DNA of 32,000 nt, taken from positions 278,008 to 310,007 of the forward strand of contig NZ_CP059570.1 in the NCBI RefSeq assembly GCF_014055005.1. The letters are read 5' to 3'. The translations under genes and the position numbers were made by a program. This document shows positions 1 to 8,812 of this stretch, piece after piece; the stretch's first letter is position 1, and the number at the start of each line of letters is the position of its first letter. This DNA is from Neisseria dentiae. Its GTDB lineage: Bacteria; Pseudomonadota; Gammaproteobacteria; Burkholderiales; Neisseriaceae. The notes beneath the pieces are model-generated. The model saw nothing but the letters and a program-made list of their open reading frames with translations. It did no database searches and was not told the DNA's origin.

Positions 1-6
1 AACTAA

Positions 7-32
7 AAATGCCGTCTTTTCAGACGGCATTT
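7..32 (-). terminator. Rho-independent terminator of the fimV/tspA-like gene, built on a DUS hairpin
   Basis: 11-bp stem AAATGCCGTCT / AGACGGCATTT with a 4-nt loop. A T-run follows on the minus strand. Contains TTCAGACGGC at 19-28. Confidence 0.7.
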
Positions 33-48
33 ATTGTAGAAATCGGAA

Positions 49-2436
49 TTATTTATCCAACTCGGCAAGCATAGTTTTGGTTTTTTCCAAAATCGTGCCG
101 CTGGATTCTTCCAACAACTCTTGCAGGGTTTCTCTTGCTGCTTCGGGATCACCGATTTCAACATACATTTGCGCCAGTTCGTATTTGGCCTCCAGCGGAG
201 CGGTCATACCCACGGATTCGGAGATAAAGCCGCCGTCGTCGCTGCGTGAATCGCCTTCAACGTTGATGCTTTCCCATTCGATGGTTTCCGCATCATCGGT
301 AGAGAGATTAACCGTGGTGCCGAAATCTTCACCGTCTTGGAAGGCAAAACCGTCGTCTTGCGGGGTGGCCGCAGTCCAAGCGGATTCGGTTGTTGCTTCG
401 GTTACGGCAGGCTCTTCTGCCGGTGCGGTTTCGATGGCGCCAACAGTCGATTCAGAGACATGATCCGCTGTTTCGGGTTCGGCATCTTCTGCAATTTCAA
501 TGGTAATAGGGGGCTGCTCGGTAATGGTTTCGGCTGCGGGTGCTGCCGCATCGGCTTCGTCGGTAAACGACAACGTGTCGATTTCAACCGTTTCCGCTAC
601 GGATTCCGGAGCAGTTGTGGTTTCGATTTGCACCAAAGAGAGTTCTTCAACCTGCTCTTCGCCATCAGGGGCAGCTTGGCCGGTAACGGCATCCTCAGCC
701 TGCCCGGTGTAAAACTCAAGCGAGGCATCGTCGTCGGCTTTAGCGGAATCGCTCGGTTCGGATTCTGCTATTACGGTTGTTTCTTGGTTTGAATCCGCAT
801 CTTCACCTGCATTGAATTCAACGGCTACATGTTGGAATTCGCTTTCGGTTTCAGGCTCGTAAACGCTTTCGGTCGATTCGATGTTATCCCAGTCGGCATA
901 TTCGCGCTTCTGGGTTTCTTCGTCTTGAGTCAGTGCGCCGGATACGATGCCGCCTTGTTCGCGGTCAATCGAACCCAAATCCAAGTTGAAGTTGCTTTCG
1001 GTTTTTTCTACGGGAGCGGCTTCGGCTTCGCTGAAGAAAATATCGTCGAAGTCGTCTTCCACATCCAAACCGTCGTCTTCGGTTTTGGTTGCGGCCGCTG
1101 TTGCAGCGGCTGCCGCGGCTGTAACCGTAGCGGCTGCCGCAGTTGTGCCTGCGGATGATTTGGCTTCGCCGCTCGGATAGGCTGCGGGCTGATGTGTGCG
1201 GATTTCTGTTTCGGGTGCGGATTCAAGCGTTTCGTATTCGTCGTCTGAATCGGTGTCTTTGGCAATAATTTCTTTGCCGCCCTCGGTTGTGCTTTCGACG
1301 GCGGCTTTTTTCTTACCTGCCAATTTCAACAGCAGCCATAAGGCGATGGTGCCTAAGCCTGCAAACAGCAACCAACGCCATAAACCGCTGCTTTCTTCAG
1401 AAGCGGGTTGGGCAGGTTGCGGCGTTGCTGCCGGAGAGGAAGTGGCGGCGGGTTCCGAAGCTGTGCTGCTGGCAGCGGCGGTTGCCGGCTCCGATGCTTG
1501 GGGAGCGGCGGATGCTGCGGCCGTGGTTGTGTCCGCTGCGGGAGCGGAAGCCGGGGCAGAGGCAGTGGCGGCGGTTCCGGCGGGTGCGGAAGCGGCGGTG
1601 TCAGGCTGCGATGCTTGTGCGGCTTGCTCTTGTGCGGCAGGAGCGGGTTGTTTGGCCAGGCGTTTCAATTCTTCGGAAGAAGGAATGTTCAACACGCGGC
1701 CAGCAAGAATCTGGTTGGCGTTACGGGTCGGGAAGATTTCCGGGTTGGCCGTCATGATGGCGGCTATGGTTTCGTGTACGCTCAAACCAGAGGGGCGGAT
1801 TTGGTTGGCGATAGAGGTGAGCGTTTCGCCGCGGCTGACTTTATAGTTGCCGCGGGGCGGCTCGGATTTGCGCTCGGCTGCGGCTTGTTCGCGCAATTTT
1901 TCGCGAGCGGCCGCGGCAGCTTTCTGCTGCTCTTTGCGTGCCTGCTGTTCTTGTGTTTTTTTGGCTTTCAGTTTGGCACGGGCGGCGGCGGATTGTTGTG
2001 TTTCTGCGCGGGTGCCGGTTTCATCGGTTTGGGCCGGTGCCGTTTGGGTGCGGCTTTCCGGCTGTGTGCCGGCGGAGCCGCTGCTTTCGGCAGGGTAGTC
2101 GGCAGGGTCGATAATGGCGGTGTATTGGCGCGATTGCGAACCTACGCCTACTTGGAATACTAAAACGGGGTCGTTTACCGGTGCGTTGGAGCGGATGTTG
2201 ATAACGGCGTTATTGCCGGATTTTCTAACACTGGCGCGCAGGCTGCCGTCTGAAAGCGAGGCGTTGCCGCCGTTCAGCAGAATCCGGGCTTCTTCCCCAG
2301 TTACCGTTACCGTGCCGGAAAACGGCTCGCCGAGATTGGATTGAACGTTCAAGCCGCCTAGGCCGCCAACTGCCGAAAATGACGTCGTCAGCGCGAGGGA
2401 GGCAGCAATCAGTTTGATTTTGTGATTGTTTTTCAA
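49..2436 (-). CDS. fimV: FimV/HubP-family (TspA-like) LysM peptidoglycan-binding polar landmark protein
   Basis: 795-aa ORF with an N-terminal signal-like segment and a LysM-like block (YKVSRGETLTSIANQI...LAGRVLNIP). It has one TM segment (LWRWLLFAGLGTIALWLLLKLAG) and a long acidic, Ala/Thr/Glu-rich low-complexity region. The C-terminus carries the FimV motif (ELAQMYVEIGDPEAARETLQELLEE). The fimV-yciB-yciI-bolA order matches what I recall for the meningococcal tspA locus. Confidence 0.85.
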   Translation of the reverse strand: MKNNHKIKLIAASLALTTSFSAVGGLGGLNVQSNLGEPFSGTVTVTGEEARILLNGGNASLSDGSLRASVRKSGNNAVINIRSNAPVNDPVLVFQVGVGSQSRQYTAIIDPADYPAESSGSAGTQPESRTQTAPAQTDETGTRAETQQSAAARAKLKAKKTQEQQARKEQQKAAAAAREKLREQAAAERKSEPPRGNYKVSRGETLTSIANQIRPSGLSVHETIAAIMTANPEIFPTRNANQILAGRVLNIPSSEELKRLAKQPAPAAQEQAAQASQPDTAASAPAGTAATASAPASAPAADTTTAAASAAPQASEPATAAASSTASEPAATSSPAATPQPAQPASEESSGLWRWLLFAGLGTIALWLLLKLAGKKKAAVESTTEGGKEIIAKDTDSDDEYETLESAPETEIRTHQPAAYPSGEAKSSAGTTAAAATVTAAAAAATAAATKTEDDGLDVEDDFDDIFFSEAEAAPVEKTESNFNLDLGSIDREQGGIVSGALTQDEETQKREYADWDNIESTESVYEPETESEFQHVAVEFNAGEDADSNQETTVIAESEPSDSAKADDDASLEFYTGQAEDAVTGQAAPDGEEQVEELSLVQIETTTAPESVAETVEIDTLSFTDEADAAAPAAETITEQPPITIEIAEDAEPETADHVSESTVGAIETAPAEEPAVTEATTESAWTAATPQDDGFAFQDGEDFGTTVNLSTDDAETIEWESINVEGDSRSDDGGFISESVGMTAPLEAKYELAQMYVEIGDPEAARETLQELLEESSGTILEKTKTMLAELDK

Positions 2437-2724
2437 ATTATGTCCCCTGTTCGAGTTTGCAGCTAGGCTGCCTGTAATATATAGACAGCATGATATATGC
2501 TAACCGCCTACTCTGCCAAGTAAAATTGCTAATTTATGTAAACAATAAACCAGAGTTTGCAACTTTATAACCACTTTCTGTTGCGCACGGGGGAAAATCC
2601 GATAATCGGCCTGTTTTTCAGACGGCCTGTCGGTTTATTGTTACCATTGACATAAGTAATGCAAAAGAGTTCATCTGCCTGTATCATTGCACATTGTTTT
2701 TAGCTTGGATTTGTTCGGCAAGAT

Positions 2725-3258
2725 ATGAAAATTTTAAGCGACTTAATCGCTGTGATTCTGTTTTTCGCCACCTACACGCTCACCAAAAACATCGTGTGGG
2801 CGACGGCGGTTGCCTTGGTGGTGGGCGTGTTGCAGGCCGGGTTTGCCTGGTTGAAGCATAAAAAGCTCGATACGATGCAATGGGTGGGCCTGGTTTTGAT
2901 AGTGGTGTTCGGCGGGGCGACGATTCTGCTGCGTGATCCGCGTTTCATTATGTGGAAACCCACTTTGCTGTTTTGGGCGGGGGCGTTGGCCTTGGGCTTG
3001 GGGCAGTTTTTGGGTAAAAACGGCTTGAAAGCCGTGATGGGCAAGGAATTGGAGCTTGACGATCAGGTTTGGCGCCGGCTGACTTGGATTTGGGTGGCTT
3101 TTTTGGTGTTTATGGGTATTGCCAATATTGCGGTTGCCTATATGTTTACCGAAGCGCAATGGGTTAATTACAAACTGTTCGGCTCAACCGGGCTGATGGT
3201 TGTTTTCGTTATCGGGCAGGGTATGTATTTGGGCCGTTACCTGCCTCAGGAGGATTGA
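2725..3258 (+). CDS. yciB: Intracellular septation protein A (YciB/IspZ family), inner-membrane protein
   Basis: 177 aa with about five hydrophobic segments. The N-terminus (MKILSDLIAVILFFATY) and size are typical of YciB. A yciI-like gene follows, as in many proteobacteria. Confidence 0.85.
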   Translation: MKILSDLIAVILFFATYTLTKNIVWATAVALVVGVLQAGFAWLKHKKLDTMQWVGLVLIVVFGGATILLRDPRFIMWKPTLLFWAGALALGLGQFLGKNGLKAVMGKELELDDQVWRRLTWIWVAFLVFMGIANIAVAYMFTEAQWVNYKLFGSTGLMVVFVIGQGMYLGRYLPQED

Positions 3259-3261
3259 TTT

Positions 3262-3552
3262 ATGGAATATTATATGTTGCTGGCCACCGACGGCGAAGGG
3301 GTGCACGATGCACGTATGGCTGCGCGCCCCGAGCATTTGAAACGCTTGGAAGCCTTGCAGGCCGAAGGCCGTTTGCTCACGGCAGGCCCCAACCCCCTGC
3401 CGGAGAACCCCGATCGGGTGTCGGGCAGTTTGATTATCGCCCAGTTTGCGTCGCTGGACGATGCCCAGGCATGGGCGGAGCAGGATCCCTATGTGGGAGC
3501 GGGCGTGTATGAAGAAATTCTGATCAAACCGTTTAAGGCCGTGTTTAAATAA
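3262..3552 (+). CDS. YciI-family protein
   Basis: 96 aa. The size, position after yciB and C-terminal DPY..AGVYE...KPF pattern fit YCII-related domain proteins. Confidence 0.75.
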   Translation: MEYYMLLATDGEGVHDARMAARPEHLKRLEALQAEGRLLTAGPNPLPENPDRVSGSLIIAQFASLDDAQAWAEQDPYVGAGVYEEILIKPFKAVFK

Positions 3553-3821
3553 TGGATATGCAGGCGATTATCGAAGGCCGTCTGAAACCGTTGGGCTTGC
3601 AATTGTGCGAGTTCCGCGACGACAGCCATCTGCACGCCGGCCATGCAGGCAACAGGGGCGGCGGTCATTATGCTGTTGTAGTGGTAGGCGAAGTGTTTGC
3701 CGGCGTGGGCAGGGTCAACCGTCAGCGCATGGTTAAAGATTCGTTGCAGGATTTGTTTTCAGACGGCCTGATACATGCCTTAAGCATCAAAGCGGTTACG
3801 CCCGAAGAATATTTCCGTTAA
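3552..3821 (+). CDS. BolA-family transcriptional regulator / Fe-S cluster-associated protein
   Basis: 89 aa containing DDSHLHAGH and a C-terminal HALSIKAVTPEE, which is BolA-like. The start overlaps the yciI stop (TAATG). Confidence 0.8.
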   Translation: MDMQAIIEGRLKPLGLQLCEFRDDSHLHAGHAGNRGGGHYAVVVVGEVFAGVGRVNRQRMVKDSLQDLFSDGLIHALSIKAVTPEEYFR

Positions 3822-3882
3822 GCCGGTTCGGCTGATACGGATTAACGTTTAATTTTGATTTCCGATAAATCAGAGAGCAACC

Positions 3883-4758
3883 ATGAAAAAATCTTATATT
3901 GCATCTGCCGCAGCGTTGTTGTTGGTGTCCGGCAGCTTGATGGCGCAAACCATCGTAACGGTGAACGGTGCGAAAATCGACAGTAAAGATATCGACTACC
4001 AAGTGAAGCTGCTGCAAAGCCAAAACCCGCAGGTTCAAGACAGCGCGATGCTGCGCCGCAACCTGACCGAACGCCAAGTAACCATGACTTTGGTGGCGCA
4101 GGAGGCGAAGCGGTTGAAGCTGGAGCAGTCTGCCGAATACAAACAGGCGCTGGAGCAGGCGCGTGCGGCGGCGAAGCAGAGCGGGGATGACAAGAAACCC
4201 GGTTTTCCGCAGCAGTGGTCGGCATTTGAAACCGCCCTGCAAAACCAAGCCTACATCGCCCATGTGTTGCGCGGCAACCCCGTTACAGAAAACGACGTGA
4301 AAAAAGCCTACGGTGATTTCAGCAAGTTTTACCGGGGCAGCCACGAAGTGCAGTTGGGTGAAATCTTAACCCGCAATGCGGCGGACGCCCAAAAAGCCAT
4401 TGCCGATTTAAAAGCCAAAAAAGACTTCAAAGCCGTTGCCAAGCAATATACGGCCGACCCGCGCGGCAAGCAGACCGGCGGCCTGAATGCCGCTTATGTG
4501 AACTTGAAAGATTTGGAACAGGGCGCGCCCGCCGTTTATGCTGCCGTGAAAAACCTGAATAAGGGCGGATACACCACCACTCCGCTGGAAGACGGCAACG
4601 GTTTGTATGGCGTGTTTTATATTAACGACAAACGTGCCGCCAAAGTGCCGGATTACGAAACCGCGAAAAACGGCATTGCACAAGAATTGCAGGCGGCCCG
4701 GGTGGACGGCGCGATTGAGTCGCTTTACCGCAAAGCCAAAATACAAAACGCCAGATAA
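3883..4758 (+). CDS. Secreted parvulin-type peptidyl-prolyl isomerase (PEB4 / cell-binding-factor-like chaperone)
   Basis: 291 aa with a signal peptide (MKKSYIASAAALLLVSGSLMAQ). It has a SurA-N-like helical region and then a PpiC-type rotamase block (HEVQLGEIL...GGLNAAYVNLKDL). Confidence 0.75.
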   Translation: MKKSYIASAAALLLVSGSLMAQTIVTVNGAKIDSKDIDYQVKLLQSQNPQVQDSAMLRRNLTERQVTMTLVAQEAKRLKLEQSAEYKQALEQARAAAKQSGDDKKPGFPQQWSAFETALQNQAYIAHVLRGNPVTENDVKKAYGDFSKFYRGSHEVQLGEILTRNAADAQKAIADLKAKKDFKAVAKQYTADPRGKQTGGLNAAYVNLKDLEQGAPAVYAAVKNLNKGGYTTTPLEDGNGLYGVFYINDKRAAKVPDYETAKNGIAQELQAARVDGAIESLYRKAKIQNAR

Positions 4759-4776
4759 GCAGTTGGAGAGAATGCC

Positions 4777-5538
4777 ATGATAAAACACAAATACACTACT
4801 TTGGCGGCTGCGGCCGTGTTGGCGGCTGCCGGTTTGGCAGTTGCCAAAGCCCCTGAAATCGACCGCGGGCGCATCGACAGCATGGTTGCCCAAGTATTGC
4901 AACAGGCGGACAACACGCCCGGTACGCCGCGCCCCGACGGCGCGGCGATACGCAAAAACGTGATTTTGCAGCTGCAAACCGCAGAGGTGCTGAAAAACGA
5001 AGCATTCAAGGCGGGTTTGAACAAAGATGCCGAAGTGCAGAACCAGTTTAAAAACGTAGAAGCGCAGTTTTACGCCATGCAGTATGCGCTTTATTTGGAG
5101 CGGAACACCGAAGTTAGCGAAGCGGAATTGCGTGCGGGTTACGACCGGCAGACCCGTGTGGTGAAGTTGCAGCAGGTGTATTTCCCCACTGCCGAAGAGG
5201 CGCGCAAGGCTCAGGATCTGCTGCTGAAAGGTTTGTCGTTCGACGAATTGATGAAACGCTATCCCAACCCCGAACAAGCGTTTGCCGACTTTGTCTCGCC
5301 CCAGCAGCTGCCGCCCGCAATGGCACAGCTGGTTGACGGCATGACGCGCGGCCAAGTTACCCGCGAACCGGTGAATATGGACGGAAAATTCTATCTGTTT
5401 AAACTGGCCGCCTCCGAGCGCAACCCGGAAGCGCCGCCGTTCGAGCAGGTGAAACCTTTCCTGACGCAGCAGGTTAAGCAGCAGAAAGTTCAGGAACAAA
5501 TCGAAAAAATCTTGAAAGACAACGGAGTAGGCGGTTAA
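4777..5538 (+). CDS. Second secreted SurA-N/parvulin-like PPIase-family protein
   Basis: 253 aa with a signal peptide (TLAAAAVLAAAGLAVA). Its architecture parallels the preceding gene. RBS GGAGAG lies upstream. Confidence 0.65.
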   Translation: MIKHKYTTLAAAAVLAAAGLAVAKAPEIDRGRIDSMVAQVLQQADNTPGTPRPDGAAIRKNVILQLQTAEVLKNEAFKAGLNKDAEVQNQFKNVEAQFYAMQYALYLERNTEVSEAELRAGYDRQTRVVKLQQVYFPTAEEARKAQDLLLKGLSFDELMKRYPNPEQAFADFVSPQQLPPAMAQLVDGMTRGQVTREPVNMDGKFYLFKLAASERNPEAPPFEQVKPFLTQQVKQQKVQEQIEKILKDNGVGG

Positions 5539-5557
5539 ATACCGTGGCTGTTGTTCG

Positions 5558-5589
5558 AGGCCGTCTGAAACTTTGTTTTCAGACGGCCT
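5558..5589 (+). terminator. DUS-pair hairpin terminator of the PPIase operon; its 3' edge is the prophage insertion point
   Basis: AGGCCGTCTGAAA (5558-5570) pairs with TTTCAGACGGCCT (5577-5589) across a 6-nt loop. Confidence 0.75.
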
Positions 5590-5597
5590 TATATATT
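5590..5597 (+). promoter_or_regulatory. -10-like half (TATATA/TATATT) of a promoter that is completed only in the circularised phage
   Basis: Joining the right end (TTGACA at 13974-13979 plus 16 nt ending in CT) to this left end gives TTGACA-N16-TATATA, or N18-TATATT. The promoter would read into the 5672 ORF and rep. Confidence 0.55.
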
Positions 5598-5671
5598 GCG
5601 CCCCATGTAAGGGGCATATCTTACAAACGTAAAGCCCCTTTAACTTAAACGCCAAGTGAAGGGGCTTAATC

Positions 5672-5878
5672 ATGTTCATCGCATTCTATACCGTCAATCC
5701 CGACGATTATACTTCTCCCAAATCCTACGTTGTCCGCATTTTCAGGGATGACATTCTGATCCGCACCGTCTCTTTTCCTATTTGCAATCCGCATAATCGC
5801 GTCAAAACCTTGAACCAAGCTTACGAATTTGGTCGTTTGGCCGTGCGCGAAATCATGGATAAGGAACTTGCCAAATGA
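5672..5878 (+). CDS. Small phage protein of unknown function (first ORF of the prophage)
   Basis: 68-aa ORF with an AGGGG RBS-like sequence 8 nt upstream. Its stop overlaps the rep start (ATGA), suggesting coupling. Confidence 0.5.
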   Translation: MFIAFYTVNPDDYTSPKSYVVRIFRDDILIRTVSFPICNPHNRVKTLNQAYEFGRLAVREIMDKELAK

Positions 5879-7200
5879 TTAGTCAAGACAAAGCAAAGAA
5901 AGCGCATGAAGCCGTATTTGGTGGCGGCGGCTTCGACGACGCGCCAAAGGCGGCTTCATGCGCCGGTATGGCGCCCCCCTTATCTAATAGGGGGGGAGCA
6001 GAAACGGAAGCGGTCGTAAGCGTGGAGCAGGAAGCGTTTGAAAAATACACCCACTTTTTGACCGATTCCAAAGGCCGTTTGCTGGAAATTCCGTTAAGAC
6101 GCGGTAAGGCAAATTCCGCCTTTATTGACCAAATCAGTTTTTCCATTCATGAAGATACCTTGTCGCTGCTCGCCGGTTATCCGCTCGTTGCAGATGATGA
6201 ATACATTATCCGTGCATCAATGGCACTTAACGATATTTTCGGCTTTGGCATTACAGAAAAAGCCAAACATTCGGGCGGCCGTTTCTATGATTCCTGCTGG
6301 TTGATGGGAACCGATAACGCCCAATACGGGCGTGTTCACTTCGGCGGCCAAAACAACACAATGTTGGTCGAAATTACCGCCACCGGCTGCAATGCCGCTT
6401 CAGACGGCTGGGAATCCCGTCTTTACCAATTCATCACCAAAGCCGTCCGCCCGAAAATTACCCGTATCGATATTGCCAAAGACTTTTTCAACGGCGAATA
6501 CACGCCCGAACAAGCCAAAGCTGACCGACTGGCGGGCAAATTCACCAATCACCACATGATGCCTGATGGCGAATCTGTCGGAACAGACTGGGAATCAAAC
6601 AATGGTAAGGGCAAAACCTATTATGTCGGCTCGCGCGAATCGTCCAAATACGTCCGTGTGTACGAAAAAGGCAAACAGTTGGGCGACAAAGAAAGCCCTT
6701 GGGTGCGTTTTGAAATCGAATTCAAGGCCAAAGATATTGTGATTCCTTTTGAGGTGCTGACCGTGCCGGGCGAATACTTCGGCGGTGCATATCCCATTTG
6801 CTCGCAGTTCCAAGAGAAAGCCAAACGGATTGAAGCCGTACAAAAGAATCTTGAATTGACTTTTGAACGCTGTATCGAAGTAGCCAGAAACCAAGTTGGC
6901 CGCGCCATCAATGCCGCCAAATCCATGTTCCCGAACAAACAGCCTGCCGAAATACTGGCCATGTTTGAACCCGAACACGACTTATTGCCTAAGCGTTTGA
7001 GTATGGAAGCCTATTCAGCCGAACATAATCACGCACCTGCTGTTCATGAAGATGAAGGCCGTCTGAAACTGGGCGAATCCGCCCAAATGCTGATTGAAAT
7101 GGTATTGGAACAGAAACAAAAAATGACCAAGCTGATTTCAGACAAGCACGAAGAAGATTATTTGGCTTGGGCGTATCACCAATATTCTAGCAAGTTTTAA
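5875..7200 (+). CDS. Rolling-circle replication initiation protein (Rep_trans / phage gene II-like)
   Basis: 441 aa with motifs typical of the Rep_trans family: ITRIDIAKDF, YYVGSRESSKYVRVYEKG and VRFEIEFK. It occupies the first large position in the inovirus module. Confidence 0.8.
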   Translation: MISQDKAKKAHEAVFGGGGFDDAPKAASCAGMAPPLSNRGGAETEAVVSVEQEAFEKYTHFLTDSKGRLLEIPLRRGKANSAFIDQISFSIHEDTLSLLAGYPLVADDEYIIRASMALNDIFGFGITEKAKHSGGRFYDSCWLMGTDNAQYGRVHFGGQNNTMLVEITATGCNAASDGWESRLYQFITKAVRPKITRIDIAKDFFNGEYTPEQAKADRLAGKFTNHHMMPDGESVGTDWESNNGKGKTYYVGSRESSKYVRVYEKGKQLGDKESPWVRFEIEFKAKDIVIPFEVLTVPGEYFGGAYPICSQFQEKAKRIEAVQKNLELTFERCIEVARNQVGRAINAAKSMFPNKQPAEILAMFEPEHDLLPKRLSMEAYSAEHNHAPAVHEDEGRLKLGESAQMLIEMVLEQKQKMTKLISDKHEEDYLAWAYHQYSSKF

Positions 7201-7254
7201 AAGGCAGAACGCTGCCGCCTGAAAGTGCAGCGTATTTATGAAAGGAAAACCATC

Positions 7255-7551
7255 ATGCAAATGCAGATTCAAGGCCAAATCATGGGCGTAAAACGTTTTA
7301 ACGGCCAAATCGACGGCAAAACATTCGACTACTGCCGCGTTATCGTCGCAACCCCGTTAGATGCCAGCCAAGGCAACGCCTTGGGCAGCTCGGCTACGGA
7401 ATACGATTTCGGCGGTTCCGTTAATTTTGAACAATTCAAAGGCGCATCATTCCCTTTTGAAGCCAATTTAACCGTTGAGCTGGTAACTAACGGCAAAAGC
7501 CAAAAACTGAAAATCATCGGTTTCCAGCCCAAAACACAAAGCAAAGGTTAA
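7255..7551 (+). CDS. Putative ssDNA-binding protein (gene V analogue)
   Basis: 98 aa counted from the ATG with an AAAGGA RBS; the track start at 7225 is a GTG upstream. The call rests on size and position directly after rep. Confidence 0.45.
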   Translation: MQMQIQGQIMGVKRFNGQIDGKTFDYCRVIVATPLDASQGNALGSSATEYDFGGSVNFEQFKGASFPFEANLTVELVTNGKSQKLKIIGFQPKTQSKG

Positions 7552-7554
7552 GCC

Positions 7555-7752
7555 ATGACGATAACCCATGTTTATGTAGTGCAGTCACGGGAAACAGGGG
7601 ATTTCCTATACCCGTCTGATACGGGTGATGTGGGTCATACGCCGTTTATAAACCAAGCCGGTTTTTTCTTCGATAGGAACGAAGCCATAGAAACCGCGCT
7701 GGAAGAGATAGGTGACAACTTTATCGTCTTTGGTTTCCTGACTGAAATGTAA
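7555..7752 (+). CDS. Small acidic phage protein of unknown function
   Basis: 65-aa ORF, tightly packed 3 nt after the previous stop. Confidence 0.45.
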   Translation: MTITHVYVVQSRETGDFLYPSDTGDVGHTPFINQAGFFFDRNEAIETALEEIGDNFIVFGFLTEM

Positions 7753-7837
7753 AAGATTCAGGCTCGGCGGGCGGTCTGATTACCTTCACAAAGCCCGTAC
7801 CTAAATTTTTCTTAACTCACTTTTGAAAGGAAATATC

Positions 7838-8056
7838 ATGAAAGCAATGAATATTGCCCGTAAATACGGCGCAAAAGCCGCCTTTTTTGTAGCCGCTCCG
7901 CTGGCTCTCGCTACTCAAGCCTATGCTGCTTTGCCTGAAGCGGCAAAAACAGGTATTGAAACTGCCAAATCAGACGGCCTTGAAGCTGGTTGGCTGGTAG
8001 TGGGCGTATTTGCGGCGCTGTTTGTTATCTCCATCGTAAAACGCTTGTTGCGATAA
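7838..8056 (+). CDS. Major coat protein (pVIII-like)
   Basis: 72 aa with signal peptide ...ALATQAYA|ALPE. The mature part is acidic and amphipathic, followed by a hydrophobic helix (GWLVVGVFAALFVISIV) and a basic tail (KRLLR). RBS GAAAGGA lies upstream. Confidence 0.8.
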   Translation: MKAMNIARKYGAKAAFFVAAPLALATQAYAALPEAAKTGIETAKSDGLEAGWLVVGVFAALFVISIVKRLLR

Positions 8057-8068
8057 TAGGTAAACAGA

Positions 8069-8344
8069 ATGTACTACCAAGTTGGAAATAAATGTCTTGA
8101 GCAAAGCCAGGCTGAAAACGTCTATTTCAGTTTGGTAGTACCTCAAATTAGTCAAGACGGCCAAATTATCAAGCCAGAATACAACGGTTCCGCATGGGTT
8201 TTAAACGGCCAAACTATTAAGGCAAATCTGCCGCAATGCAATCCCGTTGATAATCTGAAATCAGGTCTTGAAACAGGCTGGCTGCTTTTCGGTGTCATGG
8301 CTGCCGTGTATTTCGTTTCAATTACAAAAAGGCTGTTTCAATGA
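8069..8344 (+). CDS. Coat-protein paralog / minor virion protein with a pVIII-like C-terminal anchor
   Basis: 91 aa. The C-terminus GLETGWLLFGVMAAVYFVSITKRLFQ parallels the major coat's GLEAGWLVVGVFAALFVISIVKRLLR. Confidence 0.55.
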   Translation: MYYQVGNKCLEQSQAENVYFSLVVPQISQDGQIIKPEYNGSAWVLNGQTIKANLPQCNPVDNLKSGLETGWLLFGVMAAVYFVSITKRLFQ

Positions 8345-8415
8345 TGATGGATTATTACTTTTATCTTGGATTGGCCGTTCCGGTTGCGATTGGCTTTATT
8401 CTTTTTAAGGACTGA
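8341..8415 (+). CDS. Possible 24-aa hydrophobic minor coat protein (pVII/pIX analogue)
   Basis: Encodes MMMDYYFYLGLAVPVAIGFILFKD. The ATG overlaps the previous stop (CAATGA). It is below the size cutoff of the ORF track. Size, hydrophobicity and position resemble the small Ff cap proteins. Confidence 0.3.
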   Translation: MMMDYYFYLGLAVPVAIGFILFKD

Positions 8416-8488
8416 TACCGTCATTTATGAAAACGTGTTAAATTCGCACTTTCAAAACTGTAACGATGGTTAGAAAGTGGGGTTTGAG

Positions 8489-8812
8489 ATGTTTTATATT
8501 TCGGAAGATGAATTAAAGTTTAAGCAAGATACTGTTTTTGAATATCGTGATTTAAAACTTAATCAGATATGTGTTAGGGAACTTGTTTTATTGAATGAAC
8601 GTTATCCTATTGATGATTTTGTTTCTTTTGCAAGGCGATATTTCCAGTATTTCCTTAATAGAACTTATTTGAATGATATTGTTGTATTTTTTGAAGATAG
8701 TTCTATTTTGAAAGTTCATTTTTCCGATTCGGGCTTTGAATGTTCGGAATATTATGATAATGAAATTTCAACAGCTTTTTATTACGGGCGTTATTCTATT
8801 CGTTTGCTCTAA
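8489..8812 (+). CDS. AT-rich accessory ORF of unknown function (possible moron)
   Basis: 107 aa from the ATG (111 aa from the GTG at 8477) in a stretch of visibly low GC. An open frame this long in AT-rich DNA is unlikely by chance. There is no signal peptide. The 3' end overlaps the adsorption gene start. Confidence 0.45.
   Translation: MFYISEDELKFKQDTVFEYRDLKLNQICVRELVLLNERYPIDDFVSFARRYFQYFLNRTYLNDIVVFFEDSSILKVHFSDSGFECSEYYDNEISTAFYYGRYSIRLL

Noticed and set aside
77-2344. Multiple plus-strand ORFs (77-463, 337-792, 1196-1846, 1408-2163 and others) opposite the fimV-like gene
   Set aside because: They are shadows of a repetitive Ala/Glu/Thr-rich coding region. The products are Cys/Gly/Arg-rich nonsense, and they overlap each other in different frames.
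4408-5679. 423-aa ORF on the minus strand spanning both PPIase genes and the terminator
   Set aside because: It is antisense to two well-supported secreted PPIase genes and crosses their intergenic region and the DUS hairpin. Its composition is the R/G/F/H-rich type seen in GC-rich antisense shadows. I saw no RBS or motif.
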